Below, piece after piece: positions 17,807-20,937 of a stretch of 20,937 nucleotides of DNA. Source of the DNA: an uncultured bacterium (GTDB lineage: Bacteria; CSSED10-310; CAZUFC01); assembly GCA_964619725.1 (NCBI GenBank), contig CAZUFC010000059.1:1-20937 (forward strand). The letters are read 5' to 3'. Under the pieces are notes generated by a model, which was not told where the DNA came from, ran no database searches, and saw only the letters and a program-made list of their open reading frames with translations. Made by a program: the position numbers and the translations under genes. Positions within the stretch are counted from its first letter, which is position 1. Every line of letters begins with the position of its first letter.

Positions 17807-18148
17807 TCAATCTTCGTTCGTTTTGTCAAGAAGAACAGCCTCGAACTTTTCACCCTGTATATTAACGTTGACCTGCAGCCTGCCGGTTACCTTAATCGTT
17901 TCGCCGACGGAAGGCAGCTTTGTTTCGCTTATCACCCATATGGCGCCGATCTGGTCGGTAATCTTGAAAATTTGCAAACCGGAATCAGGAGGAGAATAAA
18001 GCGCTACAACTTCCCCCTGGAGAGTCAAATCTTCGTTTCTATATTTTTGCGGGTCCTGTGCGATATCGGAAATTTCAGGACTGCAAGAGGATGCCGCCAA
18101 TAAAATTAACAGGACAAAGAGAATAGTTTTTCTTTTGCTTTTCTTCAT
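17807..18148 (-). CDS. Small lipoprotein, OB-fold-like
   Basis: GGAGG SD and lipobox LAASSC. ISDI..DP.KY....LTLQGEV, ITDQIGAIWV and GETIKVTG pattern. Confidence 0.75.
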   Translation of the reverse strand: MKKSKRKTILFVLLILLAASSCSPEISDIAQDPQKYRNEDLTLQGEVVALYSPPDSGLQIFKITDQIGAIWVISETKLPSVGETIKVTGRLQVNVNIQGEKFEAVLLDKTNED

Positions 18149-18175
18149 CCCTGATTCCTCCTTCTGAACAAGATA

Positions 18176-18205
18176 AAAGTAACATTAGAATTCGGCGCAC
18201 GTCAA
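18176..18205 (-). promoter_or_regulatory. Sigma70-type promoter for the lipoprotein gene
   Basis: TTGACG-18 nt-TACTTT with a TGn extension. Confidence 0.45.
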
Positions 18206-18360
18206 TAAGTCTTTGCTTCCCGGACAGCATCTGATTCCGATTCATTAACGACTGTCCGAGCTTGCAAGTCCAGTAAGAATGAGTTTTTGGACAGGCGATC
18301 ATCAGAATTCATCATTGCCGTTAAATGATTTTCCCTTTTAAACAAAGGTCAAAAGGAATT

Positions 18361-19467
18361 TTAACCTTTTTTTCGATTGACCAGGGAGGATAATATATTG
18401 TTTTTAATGCTCGCCGTTATCGGCATCAGTCCGGTTTCCGGCTCGTACATCAGAGTCTCTTTCAGAACATCGAAATAATCCAGCAGGTTTCTTCGCAGTA
18501 TCGGTTTTTGGGTGCTCCTGGTGTTATAATGATCGTAAACGTCCCAAGCTATTATTCCGATGCCGACGATAGAGCCGAAAAATTTACCTCCTGCTTTAGC
18601 GGCAACTTTCGCTCCGGTTTTTGAAGCAGTCTTGGCCGCAGCTTTCGCCGCCATCTTGGAAGATAACTTCGTCCCTATCTTGCTTATCATGGGTTTTAAT
18701 GAAGTCGCCAGACTTTTCGCAACAAGCGCCGCTCCGCCCAGGGAACCTACTGTCAGCGCTTTTAACGTCAGAGGCGTCTGCCTGTTTCCCTCAACGTCTG
18801 ACGTCGTCAATGCAATCTCTTCCAGATACTTATCCCATTCCGATTGGGGTATTTCATACTTTATCGGTATTCTTTCAAGTTCTTCGCTTAATGAAACGAT
18901 ATACTGTTGCACGGTTTTATCAGCAATATTTTCCATTTCCCGCTGAGCTATCGGCGGTCTCAATACCATCTTCGTAAACTGTTCCTGAATGTCCTGGGTT
19001 ATTTCATCGACCGCTTCCGGATACTCATCCTCATCCCACCAGTGCCTGGCGGAATACCATAATCCCATCAGACCCATCTTCTGCTGATTCCAGTAACTGA
19101 AATACCAGTCCAGAAATTCTTCGTCCATCTTAACGATAAGCTCGCCTATCCAACGGTCCAGCTCTGCTGATGCTGTCGCCTCAGCCTTCTCCTGCGCCTT
19201 GTCCAGCGCGGAGATTATTTCCTTGTCGATCTGGTCCCACACTATTCCCGCTTCTACCGGAGCCATTACCTCCTTTATCCTGCTTTTCTCTTCCTCCTTA
19301 TCCCCGAAAGGAGCGCCTTCATTCCAAATTAGAAATTTGCCGATCATAGCCAGAATAATGATGATTACAGCCGCCCATATGAGCTTCACGACTGCATCGA
19401 TTAAACCCGATACGGCTTTTATCCTTTCCGTGTTTTCTTCCCTGGCTTTTTTCGAAGGATCGCTCAT
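18361..19467 (-). CDS. Membrane-anchored helical hypothetical protein
   Basis: 368 aa with an AGAGG SD. N-terminal TM helix, helical middle (FLDWYFSYWNQQ) and a Gly/Ala/Lys-rich C-terminal segment. Confidence 0.85.
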   Translation of the reverse strand: MSDPSKKAREENTERIKAVSGLIDAVVKLIWAAVIIIILAMIGKFLIWNEGAPFGDKEEEKSRIKEVMAPVEAGIVWDQIDKEIISALDKAQEKAEATASAELDRWIGELIVKMDEEFLDWYFSYWNQQKMGLMGLWYSARHWWDEDEYPEAVDEITQDIQEQFTKMVLRPPIAQREMENIADKTVQQYIVSLSEELERIPIKYEIPQSEWDKYLEEIALTTSDVEGNRQTPLTLKALTVGSLGGAALVAKSLATSLKPMISKIGTKLSSKMAAKAAAKTASKTGAKVAAKAGGKFFGSIVGIGIIAWDVYDHYNTRSTQKPILRRNLLDYFDVLKETLMYEPETGLMPITASIKNNILSSLVNRKKG

Positions 19468-19488
19468 CGCAATAACCTCTATCTTTCA

Positions 19489-19516
19489 ATTATAGCGGAA
19501 TTATCCGGCTCGTCAA
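19489..19516 (-). promoter_or_regulatory. Sigma70-type promoter
   Basis: TTGACG-16 nt-TATAAT, 21 nt upstream of ATG 19467. Confidence 0.75.
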
Positions 19517-19618
19517 TCAAGATGTATTGTCAGCCATTGATCAAAAAACGCCCCAAAAAAGTAATCCGATCCTCTATCGAACCAAACAGCCACTCTTCCA
19601 CTTAACCAACCCTCCCCG

Positions 19619-19645
19619 ATCCGTGTCCATCCGTGCTATCCGCTG
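19619..19645. repeat. Intergenic 9-10-bp tandem repeat (3 copies)
   Basis: ATCCGTGTCC ATCCGTGCT ATCCGCTG. Confidence 0.7.
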
Positions 19646-19734
19646 CGTTTAAAAAACAAAACCATTCACCTGAAAATTTCCCGAAAAGATTAGAAGCCAC
19701 GCCAGAGCTCAACCTTTCAATCTTGTGACCATCC

Positions 19735-19763
19735 TTGAAAAATCCCGGGTGTTCCAATACAAT
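19735..19763 (+). promoter_or_regulatory. Sigma70-type promoter of yhhN
   Basis: TTGAAA-17 nt-TACAAT. Confidence 0.6.
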
Positions 19764-19842
19764 ACCTTTATTCGCACACGACGTTTCCGGGGATTAAGTC
19801 AATCCGTCCGGCAACGGCGTATTTTCGTAAGGACATTCAGAT

Positions 19843-20493
19843 ATGGCCGTTTTAATCATCTCATTTTTCATCATCGTATCTCTCGCATTGACCCTCACAG
19901 GCGAATACAAAGGACCGAAAATCTTGTTTTACCTTTGTAAACCGCTGACGACCGTTTTGATTCTTGCGACCGCTTTTTTGATCGGAGAGCGGGAGCCTGA
20001 TTTCTACCTGTATGCTGTTCTGGCGGGTCTGTTGTTCTCGCTGGCCGGCGACGTTTTTCTTATGCTGCCCCGGGACCTCTTTATACCCGGACTGATCAGT
20101 TTCCTGGCAGCACACATATGCTACATCGTAGCCTTCTCGTCAGAAACCGCATTCGGCTTCTCTGTTTATGCCGCCATTCCTCTGCTGCTGTTCGGTATAA
20201 TTATTTACGGATATCTCGCCCGTTTTCTCGGGAAGATGAAACTGCCCGTTGTTGTTTACATGGCGGCCATACTGATTATGGCGCTTCAGGCCTGGAGAAG
20301 ATACGACCTGCTGAACGATGTACAATCTTTATCAGCCTTTCTTGGCGCATTGCTTTTTATCGCATCCGATTCCGTTCTGGCCGTCGACCGGTTCCGGAAA
20401 CGCTTCAAAGCCGCCCAGGGCGCAATACTGACGACATATTTCACCGCTCAATGGCTTATTGCCATTTCGACAGGCCCCTGGCCCTTCCTTTGA
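19843..20493 (+). CDS. yhhN: YhhN/TMEM86 family lysoplasmalogenase-like membrane protein
   Basis: KPL, FSLAGDVFL, GLISFLAAHICY, LFIASDSVLA and TYFTAQWLI. Confidence 0.92.
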   Translation: MAVLIISFFIIVSLALTLTGEYKGPKILFYLCKPLTTVLILATAFLIGEREPDFYLYAVLAGLLFSLAGDVFLMLPRDLFIPGLISFLAAHICYIVAFSSETAFGFSVYAAIPLLLFGIIIYGYLARFLGKMKLPVVVYMAAILIMALQAWRRYDLLNDVQSLSAFLGALLFIASDSVLAVDRFRKRFKAAQGAILTTYFTAQWLIAISTGPWPFL

Positions 20494-20499
20494 TTGAAT

Positions 20500-20520
20500 A
20501 CAGGCAAGCCGCCTGTTCTG
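20500..20520 (+). terminator. Hairpin after yhhN (weak terminator candidate)
   Basis: ACAGGC-AAGCC-GCCTGT with a poor U-tract. Confidence 0.3.
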
Positions 20521-20562
20521 CCGGAGAGTAGTGAAAAGGCTCTGCTTTTTTCTGCGACATGA

Positions 20563-20663
20563 TGGAGGGATGCATGGGAAGAGAGAAGGGTGGAAGGATG
20601 AAGGTATGGAAAAATGGGAAGAGGGAAAGTTGGAAGAATGGAAAAGATGGAATGTTGGACTGC
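20563..20663. repeat. Degenerate 8-bp purine-rich tandem array (about 12 units, TGGAARRA-like)
   Basis: TGGGAAGA GAGAAGGG TGGAAGGA TGAAGGTA TGGAAAAA TGGGAAGA GGGAAAGT TGGAAGAA TGGAAAAGA TGGAATGT TGGACTGC. Confidence 0.8.
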
Positions 20664-20802
20664 AGGCTGATTAACTCTCATTTAATCCCTGTGCTGCGCC
20701 CTTTGGCATTAGGATAAGAATGCCGGTTTATTAAATTAAGGCATTGATCATGAGTGCGTCTTTTGAGGTTACAATTTTTCCGAATTTCACATCATTTTGT
20801 TT

Positions 20803-20822
20803 CGATTGCGATTGCGATACCG
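20803..20822. repeat. 6-bp tandem repeat
   Basis: CGATTG CGATTG CGATAC CG. Confidence 0.55.
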
Positions 20823-20918
20823 CTTACTGAAACAAACTGTCAAAAGTCTTGAAAAAATGCAACCCCGGTTTGATCAGTCCCAAATGATTCTTTCGATAAT
20901 GCGCATGCCGGTGCGACC

Positions 20919-20937
20919 GATGAACGGTGAGTGTGGA
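20919..20937. repeat. 19-bp element truncated by the window edge, inverted copy of 223-241
   Basis: GATGAACGGTGAGTGTGGA vs minus strand of 223-241, GATGAACGGTGACTGTGGA. Confidence 0.6.

Noticed and set aside
20448-20681. 77-aa minus-strand ORF
   Set aside because: It is a translation of the octamer array (low-complexity P/S/L/F) and overlaps the end of yhhN.
20750-20830. 26-aa Cys-containing ORF MSASF...CFDCDCDTAY
   Set aside because: The DCDCD comes from the hexamer repeat, the SD is weak and there are no neighbouring modification genes.
20824-20937. 3' end of a minus-strand gene entering from the right
   Set aside because: Two frames are open for only 20-37 codons with no recognisable motif, so it cannot be supported.

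Overview
Bacterial chromosomal window with genetic code 11, moderate GC and a diderm-like gene set. No RNA genes, CRISPR arrays or intact mobile elements were recognised. The left minus-strand operon runs cohesin-domain lipoprotein > lytic transglycosylase > ICMT/PEMT-family methyltransferase > recG > small ORF > rsmD. The divergent plus-strand block is rho, rpmE, DUF1385, prfA, prmC, then GT2 and GT4 glycosyltransferases. These converge on a GT-C-like membrane protein. Next comes a two-gene exported cassette: an M15A Zn-peptidase with a dockerin-like Ca loop, and a HEAT-repeat protein. The right end holds a stand-alone pgk, an OB-fold lipoprotein, a membrane protein with a Lys-every-4 tract, and yhhN. 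The best leads are the peptidase/HEAT pair (possible effector-immunity module, or cohesin-dockerin cell-wall module), an 18/19-bp inverted repeat between 223-241 and the window's right edge, several families of short intergenic tandem repeats, and structured leaders around rho and rpmE. All family assignments come from motif recognition by eye, not database searches.
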